Notes under the pieces: generated by a model
What the model was told of the DNA's origin: nothing
What the model saw: the letters and a program-made list of their open reading frames with translations, nothing else
Database searches by the model: none
Part shown: positions 1 through 10,128 of the stretch, piece after piece
Position numbering within the stretch: position 1 is the stretch's first letter
How the letters are laid out: every line of letters begins with the position of its first letter
Program-made: the position numbers and the translations under genes
DNA from: an uncultured Acidobacteriota bacterium
GTDB taxonomy: Bacteria; Acidobacteriota; Blastocatellia; RBC074
Direction of reading: 5' to 3'
Length of the DNA: 64,000 bases
NCBI GenBank assembly: GCA_963796275.1
Contig: CAWCKY010000001.1
Coordinates: forward strand, 1,260,662 to 1,324,661

Positions 1-1456
1 CACCCCCGACCGTTGAGATAGAGGTGAAGAGACCGTAACCTGTGTCGCCGATGTAGGCCGCGTTCGATGTGCCGCCATTATCTGCCGGCCGCGAACCCTT
101 GGAGTCGAGGATACCGAATCGAAGCCCGGGCGACGGTGACGCGATCGCAGCCGGGTTGAGGCCTGTAAATGAGAATGTGACGCTCACGTTCAGAGTGTCG
201 CCTATTCCCAGCGTGACGGGCGAACCCGCGCTCGTGAAATAAGCGGAGATCATGTCCGCGCTCGTCGTGTTCCAGGTGAATTGAGCCGAGCCAGTTGTTA
301 CCGCAGCCGCAGTGCTGCCCTGAGCCTTGAGCCACGTGGCGGAGGCTGGCGGAGCCATCGTGAGGCGTTCACCGTCCGCGAAATCGTCGCTCATAACTAC
401 CAGGCCTGCCGGCGAGGTAACGCTGAGGGCTGCCGGCCTGCTCTCGATACTTCCGGCGGAATTGCTTACGACGACGCTATAAATGCCGGCATCGGGTAAC
501 TGGACGTTCGTGAGCCCAAGCGTCTCCGTCGTTGCCCCCGCCATTGCCGCCCCGTTCTTCCGCCACTGGTATGCTAGCGGCGGCGTGCCACTCGCCGCAA
601 CGGTAAGACTCGCACTCGATCCGGCCAGAACCGCCTGCGAAACGGGTTGCGTGATGATAGCCGGCGGAATATCAGGCTTCGACGCCAATGCCACTGCCGA
701 TGTCACGATCCGGTTCAACCCCTTCTGATCCCACGAAAGTATCATCGTGCCTGGGGGGCCTCCGGTTACTGCGGCTTGAGTCGATCCTGCGATGCCGAAT
801 CTGCTTCGCACCGCTGTGAACCGTTCGAGTTGGTTCGATCCGGGTGTGAGCTCAATGGTTCTGGTGCTCTCGCACGCCGCGATATCGACGACCCATGAGT
901 TCGCCGGCGCATCGATCGTAGTCCTTATCGGTCCCGTGTCGATGTTCCTGGCGTTGGCGGCGACCGCCGCGGGCGCGCCGGGCTGGACACCAAAAAGCGA
1001 TACCGCTCCTCCTGCAGCCACATCGATTATTCCGGTGAAACTGACCGAGATTTCGTAAGAGCCAGGCGTGGGCAGCTCAGAGCCGGTCAAGTAGAATATC
1101 TGCGTCTCCAATGCAAGTAATCCCCAAGACACGGCATGAGAATTCGGTGCCGCATGCATCGAGACCCCATTGAATGTCACCGTCGCGATGCCGCTCTTGA
1201 AGAGGATGAAGTCGTCGGTCGATACCGCTACAACCAGTGCCCGATCAAGGCCGCTGCCAATAGCATGGCTCCAAGAGATCGAACGCGTGTTTCGGGCGAC
1301 CCCCGAAGAACTGGAGCCGTCGAACGTGATTCCCGCCGATGCCGGCGTTGCAGCGAAGATCAACAAGAGAAGTGATAGAACAAGCTGAAACTTCCCGGCG
1401 AACGAGCGAAATAGTCTTATACGGTGAGTAATCACCTCGAAGCTGGATATCTTCAT
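1..1456 (-). CDS. Secreted multidomain protein with Ig-like (I-set) domain; 3' end runs off the window (possibly a polysaccharide lyase)
   Basis: Not in the ORF track because there is no stop in the window. ATG at 1456 reads MKISSFEVITHRIRLFRSFAGKFQLVLSLLLLIFAATPASAG (signal peptide), later PAIITQPVSQAVLAGSSASLTVAASGTPPLAYQWRKNG...DAGIYSVVVSNSAG (Ig fold), and stays in frame to base 2. The + strand ORFs here are antisense shadows. Confidence 0.8.
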   Translation of the reverse strand, partial: MKISSFEVITHRIRLFRSFAGKFQLVLSLLLLIFAATPASAGITFDGSSSSGVARNTRSISWSHAIGSGLDRALVVAVSTDDFILFKSGIATVTFNGVSMHAAPNSHAVSWGLLALETQIFYLTGSELPTPGSYEISVSFTGIIDVAAGGAVSLFGVQPGAPAAVAANARNIDTGPIRTTIDAPANSWVVDIAACESTRTIELTPGSNQLERFTAVRSRFGIAGSTQAAVTGGPPGTMILSWDQKGLNRIVTSAVALASKPDIPPAIITQPVSQAVLAGSSASLTVAASGTPPLAYQWRKNGAAMAGATTETLGLTNVQLPDAGIYSVVVSNSAGSIESRPAALSVTSPAGLVVMSDDFADGERLTMAPPASATWLKAQGSTAAAVTTGSAQFTWNTTSADMISAYFTSAGSPVTLGIGDTLNVSVTFSFTGLNPAAIASPSPGLRFGILDSKGSRPADNGGTSNAAYIGDTGYGLFTSISTVGG

Positions 1457-1980
1457 GGACTCACAGTGCCTGGCTAAATTTGAATTTGTTTTATCTTGTG
1501 ACTAATCGTGCAGCCAATTCCTCCCATCTACACCCCTTCCGTTTTGCGCACCATAAATCGGTAGATGAGGCAATGCCCTGAAATCTATCGGGCATTATAT
1601 GAGACTCAACAAGAAGAACTGATCAGTGAAGAAAAGTCTTGCATTATCGGTATATCCGCCATTCTCATCCCGTCTCCCATTCGACTCAAGATTTGTGAGG
1701 AAGCTTGCCCTAAACCTGATCAGACATCGCTAGTATTTGGTTAATATGCATGACCCCATAAAACTTATCCGGTATTTGTCTTATTGCGCAACAAATACTC
1801 CTAACCTCATTTTTTGTCAACATCAATTTCCTCATTTCGCGAAGGAAATGTTATGAAAGGGGCCGATGCTATAAATCACCGGGCGAGCGGGCCTCCGATT
1901 ACTCCGATTACTATGAAATCCGCCCGTCCGGAGCGAAGAGCTTTCCCCTCATTTTTCGGGGCTTGTTACGGATTGAGCCT

Positions 1981-2344
1981 TTTCCTTTCCGGACACACGA
2001 TTTCTGACCGCCTGAAGGCGGAAACACGGATATTGCGTTTGGAGTTCCGTGTTTCGCGGTCTTCCTTTCCGCACGCGATTTCTGACCGCCTGAAGGCGGA
2101 ACTCCGAACACGGATATTGCGTTTGGAGTTCCGCGTTTACGCGGTCTTCCTTCCGCACACGATTTGACCGCCTGAAGGCGGAAACACGGATATTGCGTTT
2201 GGAGTTCCGTGTTTTGCGGTCTTCCTTTCGCACACGATTTGACCGCCTGAAGGCGGAAACACGGATATTGCGTTTGGAGTTCCGCGTTTACGCGGTCTTC
2301 CTTTCCGCACGCGATTTCTGACCGCCTGAAGGCGGAACTCCGAG
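1981..2344. repeat. REP/BIME-like tandem array, ~75-80 bp unit
   Basis: Five copies of GACCGCCTGAAGGCGGA (~2006, 2084, 2166, 2241, 2320) alternate with four inverted relatives TTTGGAGTTCCGYGTTT(A)YGCGGTC. Structure is a GGAG tetranucleotide plus GC hairpin, directly downstream of the lyase stop. Confidence 0.9.
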
Positions 2345-2360
2345 CTCGTTTTCTTTATCG

Positions 2361-4625
2361 TTAAGGGACGCGAATCTCGTCTATGTTAGCCAGGTCCTGG
2401 CCATTTGATTGAAAGATGATTTGGTTTCCCCCGCCAGGAGCGAGGTTTACGTTCACCACTATCCCGGCCCAGGTCGTCCACGAACCTGTCGGGTTAAAGG
2501 TGATGCTTTGTGGCGCTCCGTTGATGATCAACTGGCCAGTGCGCGAGGTGGCCACACCCAACGCATAACGAATTCGCAAGGTTGTATTGCCGCCCGATCC
2601 GCCATCAACGGTATTGAACTGCAGGAAACCGCCATTTACCGAGAAGTTGACGTAGCCTGTGCCGTTGAATCCACCGTTGGTAGACTCAAAAACGGTGCCG
2701 CCGCCAAATTGCGCCGATTCCGCCGGGAATATTGTTGAACTGGGCGGAGGCGGGCCACCGACCAATACAATGTTGGGTGTCGGCGGTGTGCCCATTCCGT
2801 TGCCCAAAAAGAAGCTCGGGTGCGGCGGCTGGTTATAAGCAGTATTCTGCCAGGCAATCGCAACGCGGTATTGTGCGTCGTGCATCAGCGTGTATATGCG
2901 GTTGTTTGCGACCGCAGTCGTGGTATAGATGCGCAAGGCAGTGTTCCCCTCGTTGAAAACTACCTCTTCGCGCCAGTCGCCCAAGAGATCGGCGGACAAA
3001 TTCGGGGTCGCTTTGGTGCCGTTGATGGACGACGCGCCTGAGGCGGTAAGCAAACGCGTATCCCCGCCCGTGCCATATTTGTCGATGTGGTTACTGTCGA
3101 GCAGCTCCCGCACAAAGTCGCCGTCCCACCAGATAAGAAAGTTGACTGAGCCGGGATTGCGCCCGACGTTCCCGCCGAAGGCGTTAAATAGGCTGTTCAT
3201 GCCTTCGCCGGCGCCCCAGAACTCGGCGCCTCCGTTACCGGCGTAGACGTCGCCCGCGACGCCGCGGCCCGGCCCTTCGCAGTTGCAGTTGTTAGGTATG
3301 GAGAAGAGGATTGCACCGTTGTTGGCATCGCGGAGAGTGGCGGCGGGACCTGCGGAGCCTTCGTGGATCTGCCAGATTTCCAGGCCCGGGCGCGTTGGGA
3401 CGAGGTCGCCAACGTGCAGGGCGTCGCCGTGGGCATAAAAACTTGTCGTGTAGCGCCCGCTGCCGTTCTCATTGAGAGTCATACCGCCATAGATGATCTC
3501 CTGGCTTCCGTCGCCATCAACATCAGCCACCGAGAGCGAATGATTACCTCTTCCCTCCCAGTTAGAACCGGAAGTGGCGCTGTTGAAGAGCCACCGCAAG
3601 GTCAGATTGCCGTTGCGGAAGTCCCAGGCTGCGATCTTAGAACGTGCATAGTAGCCTCGCCCCATGATAATGCTGGGACGCTGGCCATCTAAATAGGCGG
3701 TGCCGGCCAGGAACCGATCGCCGCGGTTACCATAATTGTCTCCCCAATCAGCGATGTTACCGCGGGCCGGCTCAAAGTTGGCCGTGGCCCTCACGGCGCC
3801 GGTCTGACCGTCGAATACAGTCAGAAACTCAGGACCGGTGAGTATCCGACCGGCAGTGTTGCGGTGATCTGCGTTAACATTTCCGATGACCTGGCCCGTC
3901 CCGCTGCGTGTGCCATCGGCGGTCTTACAGACTACCTCGGCTCTGCCGTCTCCATCATAGTCATAAACTTGAAACTGCGTATAGTGCGCGCCTGCGCGTA
4001 TGTTGCGACCTAGGTCTATGCGCCACAGACGTGTGCCGTTGAGCTCGTAGGCATCAATAAAAACGTTGCCTGTATAGCCGTCCTGCGAGTTGTCCCGCTG
4101 ATTGGATGGGTCCCATTTGAGGACGATTTCGTATTCACCATCACCGTCGAGATCGCCCACCGAAGCATCGCCAGGGCTGTACGTATATGACTCGTTCGCG
4201 GGAGTTGTGCCGCCGGCCGGGCGTTGTAGCGCAACGCGAATATAGTTTTGTGTAAAAGCGTTGGCCGGCAGTGTGTAAGAAGGACTATCGGCTTGCTCTA
4301 CCCCATTAACCACTGCGCGCACGAAGTACCTGTTAGATTGGCTCAGGTTGGCCGTTCCGTCAACGAAGTTGGTGCTCGATGTTACCGTTGTACTGTTGAG
4401 TCTGGTAACCGCCCCGCCTCCTGTCGAACGGTAAATGTTAAATCCGATGTTTGCCGTCGCCTCTGTACCTGACAATCGCCATCCGACATACACCTGCGTG
4501 CTGCCGGTGCGAACTGCAACAACACCGCGACTCAAGTTCTCCATCTGATATTGTGCGAATGCAGCGCTCGCACAGAAAAACAACACTCCGATAGCTAACA
4601 ACATTTTCGGCTTAGTGGTGTCCAT
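2361..4625 (-). CDS. Rhamnogalacturonan lyase, PL11 (YesW/YesX-like), with C-terminal CBM35-like module
   Basis: Signal peptide; QMENLSRGVVAV, GDLDGDGEYEIVLKWDP, RAGAHYTQFQVYDYDGDG, HGDALH, YNQPPHPSFFLG; Pro linker then AESAQFGGG...GFNGTGYVNF. Confidence 0.95.
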   Translation of the reverse strand: MDTTKPKMLLAIGVLFFCASAAFAQYQMENLSRGVVAVRTGSTQVYVGWRLSGTEATANIGFNIYRSTGGGAVTRLNSTTVTSSTNFVDGTANLSQSNRYFVRAVVNGVEQADSPSYTLPANAFTQNYIRVALQRPAGGTTPANESYTYSPGDASVGDLDGDGEYEIVLKWDPSNQRDNSQDGYTGNVFIDAYELNGTRLWRIDLGRNIRAGAHYTQFQVYDYDGDGRAEVVCKTADGTRSGTGQVIGNVNADHRNTAGRILTGPEFLTVFDGQTGAVRATANFEPARGNIADWGDNYGNRGDRFLAGTAYLDGQRPSIIMGRGYYARSKIAAWDFRNGNLTLRWLFNSATSGSNWEGRGNHSLSVADVDGDGSQEIIYGGMTLNENGSGRYTTSFYAHGDALHVGDLVPTRPGLEIWQIHEGSAGPAATLRDANNGAILFSIPNNCNCEGPGRGVAGDVYAGNGGAEFWGAGEGMNSLFNAFGGNVGRNPGSVNFLIWWDGDFVRELLDSNHIDKYGTGGDTRLLTASGASSINGTKATPNLSADLLGDWREEVVFNEGNTALRIYTTTAVANNRIYTLMHDAQYRVAIAWQNTAYNQPPHPSFFLGNGMGTPPTPNIVLVGGPPPPSSTIFPAESAQFGGGTVFESTNGGFNGTGYVNFSVNGGFLQFNTVDGGSGGNTTLRIRYALGVATSRTGQLIINGAPQSITFNPTGSWTTWAGIVVNVNLAPGGGNQIIFQSNGQDLANIDEIRVP

Positions 4626-5118
4626 AGTTCCTCCTGATGAATTTTCTGTGCATCCTCATTTCTAGTCTTCTACCGCGAGACACTAATCTATCTACTCAAC
4701 AGCAGTCGTTTGTTGTCGCACAGTACAAAACTTCAGAAAGAGGAAATCCGCAGACTTTATAGGCGCTCGTGGGTTTTCCGACGGTAAAGCTAACCGCAAT
4801 GACCTGGTACTCACCTAGAGGTTACCGACGGCTGTCCTGATTTTATTGGCTTTTCCAGGCTTCCAGGTAGCGGCTTTTTATGACTGAAATCTTCTGATCT
4901 ATTCCAAAATACGCGTGCATTTTAGGCTAAAATGCACGCACGTCAAGCGCAATTTGTTTTGATGTAGGAATAGATAGACAGAAGCGGTTGGTGTCGATAG
5001 GCAGGCGAAGGCTCGGATTGTTCGCAATTTTACTGCTCCCCTACCTAATCGAGCGCACTTATTGCAGGTTGATTTGAGGGAAAGATATAAGGGAAAGCCT
5101 TCCTCTATTTTTAGCGAA

Positions 5119-6339
5119 ATGGCATTTAAATATCGCCGGTTCAATAAGTCGCACTGGCTGACCTCTACCGTCTTCGGTATCGGGATGGCGTCATTTTTCA
5201 GCGATCTCAGCCATGAGACGGCGACCTCGGTACTACCTGCGCTTCTTGCTTCGATGGGAGTGGCAGCTGGCGCACTCGGAACGATCGAGGGTGTTGCTGA
5301 CGGTTTTTCAAGTGCGGCCAAGCTCTACGGAGGTTGGTTGTCCGATCGACTTCAGCATCGCAAGCCCCTTTGCGCATTCGGTTACGGAGTGATGGCTATC
5401 GCCACAGGAATCATCGCTTTCGCAACGACCTGGGTTCTGGTGCTGGTTGGTCGTAGCCTCGCCTGGATCGCACGCGGTTTGCGCACACCGGCTCGCAAAG
5501 CGCTGCTGGCTGAAGCCGTTACGCCGCAGACGTACGGACGCGCCTTTGGCTTCGAGCGCACGATGGACACACTCGGGGCGGTCGTTGCGCCGCTCATTTC
5601 ACTGGGATTGTTGAGCCTCGGACTGGTTCACCGGCAATTGCTCTGGATTTCTGTGATTCCCGCATTGCTTGCGGTTGCCTCCATACTTTTCCTGGTGCGT
5701 GAAACGAAGGATCGTATACCGAGCCCGCATCCATTCCTCGCATCAATGCGTGGTCTACCAAAACGATTCATACGGTTTCTTTATGGGGTTGGGTTATTCG
5801 GTGCGGGAGACTTTGCGCATTCGCTTATGATTCTCTACGCAGTGGCGGCCATCACGCCAAGGCTGGGCGCGGCAGGTGCCGCATCTGTCAGCGTCGGTCT
5901 CTATGCCCTCCACAATCTGGTTTATGCGGGCGTCTCTTACCCATCGGGCGTGCTGGCGGACCGAATGAACAAGCGTCTTCTACTTGCCTTTGGTTATGGG
6001 CTTGGCGCGGTGACGGCGATTCTGTTTGCTCTCGGAATCAGCTCCTTGCCGCTACTGGCTCTCGCCTTCATTTTGGGCGGGGCTTACGTCGGCATCGAAG
6101 AGACCTTGGAGGACTCACTCGCCGCCGAACTGTTACCTGAGACGATACGGGGCACGGGGTTCGGCACTATGGCGGTCGTTAACGGCATGGGAGATTTCGT
6201 CAGCAGCCTCTGCGTAGGTTGGTTATGGGCAGTCTTCGGTCCGGCGGTCGGATTCGGCTTCGCAGTTGCGCTAATGGGAGCGGGTGCTGCGGTCGTTTGG
6301 ATAACTAGTAAGCGTCCCGGCATCGCGGGTGAAGCGTAA
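5119..6339 (+). CDS. MFS transporter
   Basis: About 12 hydrophobic segments; motif A-like GWLSDRLQHRK and GVLADRMNKR; GRAFGFERTMDTLGA. Likely ATG at 5119. Confidence 0.9.
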   Translation: MAFKYRRFNKSHWLTSTVFGIGMASFFSDLSHETATSVLPALLASMGVAAGALGTIEGVADGFSSAAKLYGGWLSDRLQHRKPLCAFGYGVMAIATGIIAFATTWVLVLVGRSLAWIARGLRTPARKALLAEAVTPQTYGRAFGFERTMDTLGAVVAPLISLGLLSLGLVHRQLLWISVIPALLAVASILFLVRETKDRIPSPHPFLASMRGLPKRFIRFLYGVGLFGAGDFAHSLMILYAVAAITPRLGAAGAASVSVGLYALHNLVYAGVSYPSGVLADRMNKRLLLAFGYGLGAVTAILFALGISSLPLLALAFILGGAYVGIEETLEDSLAAELLPETIRGTGFGTMAVVNGMGDFVSSLCVGWLWAVFGPAVGFGFAVALMGAGAAVVWITSKRPGIAGEA

Positions 6340-6498
6340 TTTTCAAGTGTAGATTGTAAAGATTACGTCCGTAGCTCTTAGTCTACGGCACGAGGACACA
6401 TCCTGTAGAACTTCGACTCGCGCATTGCCCGCAGCCGGTTCAAGCAATATGGACAACTCCTCGGACGCAGTTCGTAAGCTTCTATCCCATTTATTTAA

Positions 6499-7905
6499 TC
6501 ACTTCGTCGCTGCGCCGTTGAGCAATTCCGTGAATGGCCTTCCCTCCGGTTCTGGGAGCTTCAGTTTTAACAAACTTGCAATGGATGGGGCCAGATCGAT
6601 CATCCGCGCCAGAGGCATCTTCGCGCCGCTTCGCACGCCCGGCCCGTAAATGATCAGCGATGCGCGCATCCGAGGGTCGGTCGGAAGGTAGCCGTGCGTT
6701 CCTTTGTATGTTTCCCCGGAATCGCGCACTTCCGCTCCGGTCAGCGTGTCGTCGAAGGAATATCCCGGGGCGGCTTCCAGCATCAGCGCCGCCTGGGGGA
6801 CCGCTTCCATCTTGCGAAGTTCGTTGCGTGTGACTATCTGTTTGATCGGGCTATTTTCCTCCTTCGCCCATTTGGAGAAGATGGCGTTGACCTTCGCTTC
6901 GGTCTCCTTGTCATTCGTGTCCTTCAAGATTATGGCGCATGAACCGCCCGCGGGCCACGATGCAGCCTTCCACGCCGTTGCCTTTCCCGCCGCGTCGAGC
7001 GTGATCAATCCTTCTTTGGCCAACGGCACGTTGGGCGAGAAGCGCTTACTGATACTGGCGAAACCGTGATCGGAGACGATGAAGAAAGTCGTCCTCTCGA
7101 AGATGCCGGCCTGTTTGGTCGCTTCTAGGATGCGACCAATGTACCCGTCTTCGCGCTCGGCCATTTCGATGCCGGGTTTCGTACGAGGACCGTTGCGGTG
7201 GTGCGTGCCGTCCAGTTCGATCAGATGAAGCAAAAGCAGGTTGGGGCGATAGTTTTTGATGATGAACTCGCTAACCGAAGTCAAGCGCTCATCAACGCTA
7301 CTGTCTTTCTTCAGATCGGGTCCGAGCGCCTTCTCCAGAAGTCCCGGCGTTGAGTGTTTGGCTGTCCACTTCCACGTCGGCGGATTTTCGCCCGGTTCGA
7401 AAATCTCCGGAACGTTGTAATCGATCTCTGCGTCCACCGTCACGGGCCAACCGACGGCGGCGGTGGTAAGCCGCGCTTTCTTAGCGACCGTCCAGAGCGT
7501 TTCCGCCGTCAGCGCTTTTGCGTACCAGTACCAGTATCGCGTCTGCGGTTCACTCGGAGCTTCGAAGATGCGGTTTTGGACGATGCCGTGCGCCGCCGGC
7601 CGCAATCCGGTCACCATCGTTGTATGCTGTGGATAGGTCACCGTAGGATAGACTCCCTCCATACCTTCTGCGTATGCGCCGCCCTGTTTCATCAGTGTCA
7701 GCGTCGGTACGCGCAGCCCCAGCTTCTCCGGGGCGGTGTAATAATCCGGCGGCATGCCATCCACCGAAATCAGTATGACGTGATCCGGGCGCTGGGCTTG
7801 TGTCGTTTGGCTGGCGCTCAACGCCTGGCCAAAGTCGATGATCGATCCGCACACGAGCAGCAGAACTGCCACCGCTGTTATGCATGAACGAAGTGCTCTG
7901 GTCAT
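6499..7905 (-). CDS. Secreted alkaline-phosphatase-superfamily nucleotide pyrophosphatase/phosphodiesterase
   Basis: ISVDG, YPTVTYPQHTTMVTG, LDGTHH, VSDHG, GTHGY; AAGGAG RBS before ATG at 7905. Confidence 0.9.
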   Translation of the reverse strand: MTRALRSCITAVAVLLLVCGSIIDFGQALSASQTTQAQRPDHVILISVDGMPPDYYTAPEKLGLRVPTLTLMKQGGAYAEGMEGVYPTVTYPQHTTMVTGLRPAAHGIVQNRIFEAPSEPQTRYWYWYAKALTAETLWTVAKKARLTTAAVGWPVTVDAEIDYNVPEIFEPGENPPTWKWTAKHSTPGLLEKALGPDLKKDSSVDERLTSVSEFIIKNYRPNLLLLHLIELDGTHHRNGPRTKPGIEMAEREDGYIGRILEATKQAGIFERTTFFIVSDHGFASISKRFSPNVPLAKEGLITLDAAGKATAWKAASWPAGGSCAIILKDTNDKETEAKVNAIFSKWAKEENSPIKQIVTRNELRKMEAVPQAALMLEAAPGYSFDDTLTGAEVRDSGETYKGTHGYLPTDPRMRASLIIYGPGVRSGAKMPLARMIDLAPSIASLLKLKLPEPEGRPFTELLNGAATK

Positions 7906-8059
7906 AACCGTTCGCTCCTTATCTATGTTGTATATATGCTGTGCAATTGAATGTGGCGCGATGGTAAGGCATGGCACTCATGCAGTAAAGCTTTCACCAA
8001 TCGCTGCAAGCGTGTTTCAGATATCCGAATAATTCCTCTATGCTGAGCATGGTTATGTT

Positions 8060-8458
8060 ATGAGCAGATCAAATAAGGGTTTTGACCTCGAAAAATTCTT
8101 CGTCGCGCTTTCCGATCGCAATCGTCTACGCCTGATTAACCTGTTAGGGGACGATGAGGTTTGTGTGTGCTTCTTCACCGAAGTCTTGAAGATGCCACAG
8201 CCGAGGGTCTCGCGGCACCTCGCCTACCTGCGCCGCGCGGGGATAGTGGCGGCGCGTCGAGAAGGGAAATGGATGCACTATCGCCTCCTTCCTCCGGCCG
8301 ACGAACACGCCTCGCAGATCCTTCAAAACGTGCGTGAATATCTGGCGAGCAATCGGGAGATGCAGCAGGATCGGGCGAGGCTGATCAAGGTTTGCTGCGC
8401 GCCTACGCTCCCGGTGCAATTGCAGGGCGCGCCACTACCCGCGAGTCTACAAGCCTGA
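8060..8458 (+). CDS. ArsR/SmtB family transcriptional regulator
   Basis: ALSDRNRLRLINLL, EVCVC, QPRVSRHLAYLRRAG, RREGKWMHY; C-terminal CC pair. Confidence 0.92.
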   Translation: MSRSNKGFDLEKFFVALSDRNRLRLINLLGDDEVCVCFFTEVLKMPQPRVSRHLAYLRRAGIVAARREGKWMHYRLLPPADEHASQILQNVREYLASNREMQQDRARLIKVCCAPTLPVQLQGAPLPASLQA

Positions 8459-8903
8459 GTGAAACTTTATTTCGGTATGAAAACCGGCCGCCGGACAGCT
8501 GGAAAGTTCGAGGCGGAAGAATTTGTTGAATCAAATCTGCCGTGAGTATAACAACTGCAAACTGAGATTATATCCGGCGTCGCACCTATGCCGCCGAACC
8601 TGGTCGAGAACATCCTGCAAAACGTTTTCATTGGCCGTTTTCAGGTTGGAGACGCGACATTGGTCATATGTTGAGTATGATATCGTCGGTAACGCTCGAG
8701 CCGATAACCATCAAAATCCACACGCGCGCTTAGGTTGAGACCGAGGAAGTATTTTCATGTCCTCGCATCAAAAATTAATTTGAATCGAAACGTATCATAA
8801 TCGGTTTGAGGATATATAATATTTATGATTTTGTCCCTACTCACTTGAATACCAGTACTGTATCTGTATCTACATTAACCCCGTTACATAAAAGGACTTC
8901 CTA

Positions 8904-9950
8904 ATGTATTTCAAGAGACATCTTCGAAGAACTACCCTGCTTTTACTCGCATCGTTAGTGATCAGTTCTACACTCATTCAGATCGCCGCTCAGAATTCAC
9001 CCCAATCGCCACAACCAATTCCTGCCGTTCAACAGACCGGCGATCAATCGCAAAAACCGGGCCGCCCGGGGAAAGAGAGTGAGCCGCAGGATCTCAGCAG
9101 TGAAACAATCAAGATCGACACTGAATTGGTTCAGCTCGATGTCACCGTGATTGACCAGAATAACAATCCTATATTTGGTTTGGGTAAGAATGACTTTACG
9201 GTTTATGAAGATAAAGTGAAGCAGCAGATAGAGTCTGTCAATCGTGAGGAGATTCCCGTCAGCTTTGGTATTGTCATCGATACCTCCGGCAGTATGCGTA
9301 ATAGGCTTCAGACTATCACGGACGCATCGGTCGCTTTGATTAAACAGAAACGAGCTGAGGATGAGGGGTTTGTCGTTCAATTTAAGGCTGAACCCGAAAT
9401 AGTTCAACCATTCACCCAGGACGAGAGTGATCTGCAGTCCGCCCTGGAAGAACTTTACACTAGTGGTCCCACCGCCTTACTCGACGCCATCATCCATTCC
9501 TCTGATTACGCCAATAAAAATGGGAAACAGCGACGCAAAGCGATTGTCGTCATCAGCGATGGGCTGGAGAAAAACAGCGCAGTAAAGGAAAAAGAAGTGT
9601 TAGCCGCGATCAAAGAGAATGAAGTGCAACTCTATATGATCGGCTTCCTCGACAAGGAAGAGGCAACCAATCCCTTCTATAAATCTCCGAGGCAGAAAGC
9701 CAAAGACTTGCTGGAAAATCTGGCCAACGATTCAGGCGGTCGCGCCTTTTTTCCCAAGGACATCAGTGAAATACCAGCGATTGCCGCCCAAATCGCCAAA
9801 GGTCTCCGCACCCAATATGTCGTCAGTTATTATCCCGCCAATACTGCGCGGGACGGGACGTTCCGCATAGTGCAGGTGGAAGTTAACAAAGACAACCAGA
9901 CAATGATTGCTCGTTCGCGAGTGGGATACTACGCGCAAGCAGATAAATAA
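8904..9950 (+). CDS. Secreted VWA domain protein (acidobacterial VWFA-related type)
   Basis: Signal peptide; MIDAS DTSGS, TALLD, VISDG; [11 protein letters not shown]. Confidence 0.9.
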   Translation: MYFKRHLRRTTLLLLASLVISSTLIQIAAQNSPQSPQPIPAVQQTGDQSQKPGRPGKESEPQDLSSETIKIDTELVQLDVTVIDQNNNPIFGLGKNDFTVYEDKVKQQIESVNREEIPVSFGIVIDTSGSMRNRLQTITDASVALIKQKRAEDEGFVVQFKAEPEIVQPFTQDESDLQSALEELYTSGPTALLDAIIHSSDYANKNGKQRRKAIVVISDGLEKNSAVKEKEVLAAIKENEVQLYMIGFLDKEEATNPFYKSPRQKAKDLLENLANDSGGRAFFPKDISEIPAIAAQIAKGLRTQYVVSYYPANTARDGTFRIVQVEVNKDNQTMIARSRVGYYAQADK

Positions 9951-10128
9951 CCTGACTTCATTGCTAACCAAACAGAATCGAAAACGAAGGTCGACTGCGT
10001 CGTCGTATATAAAAGAGTGTCCGCATCCTGCGCGAAAAACTTATTCCCAGAAAATACTTCAAGATACGAGTGGGCCATCGATTGGACAGGCGTTTTGATG
10101 TTAGCGCAGTACGCCGCCAGGCATCAGA

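Noticed and set aside
1814-2233. ORFs across the REP array
   Set aside because: The repetitive translations derive from the non-coding repeat.
1981-2344. CRISPR array
   Set aside because: Inter-repeat sequences are near-identical rather than unique spacers, units are inverted REP pairs, and no cas genes are present.
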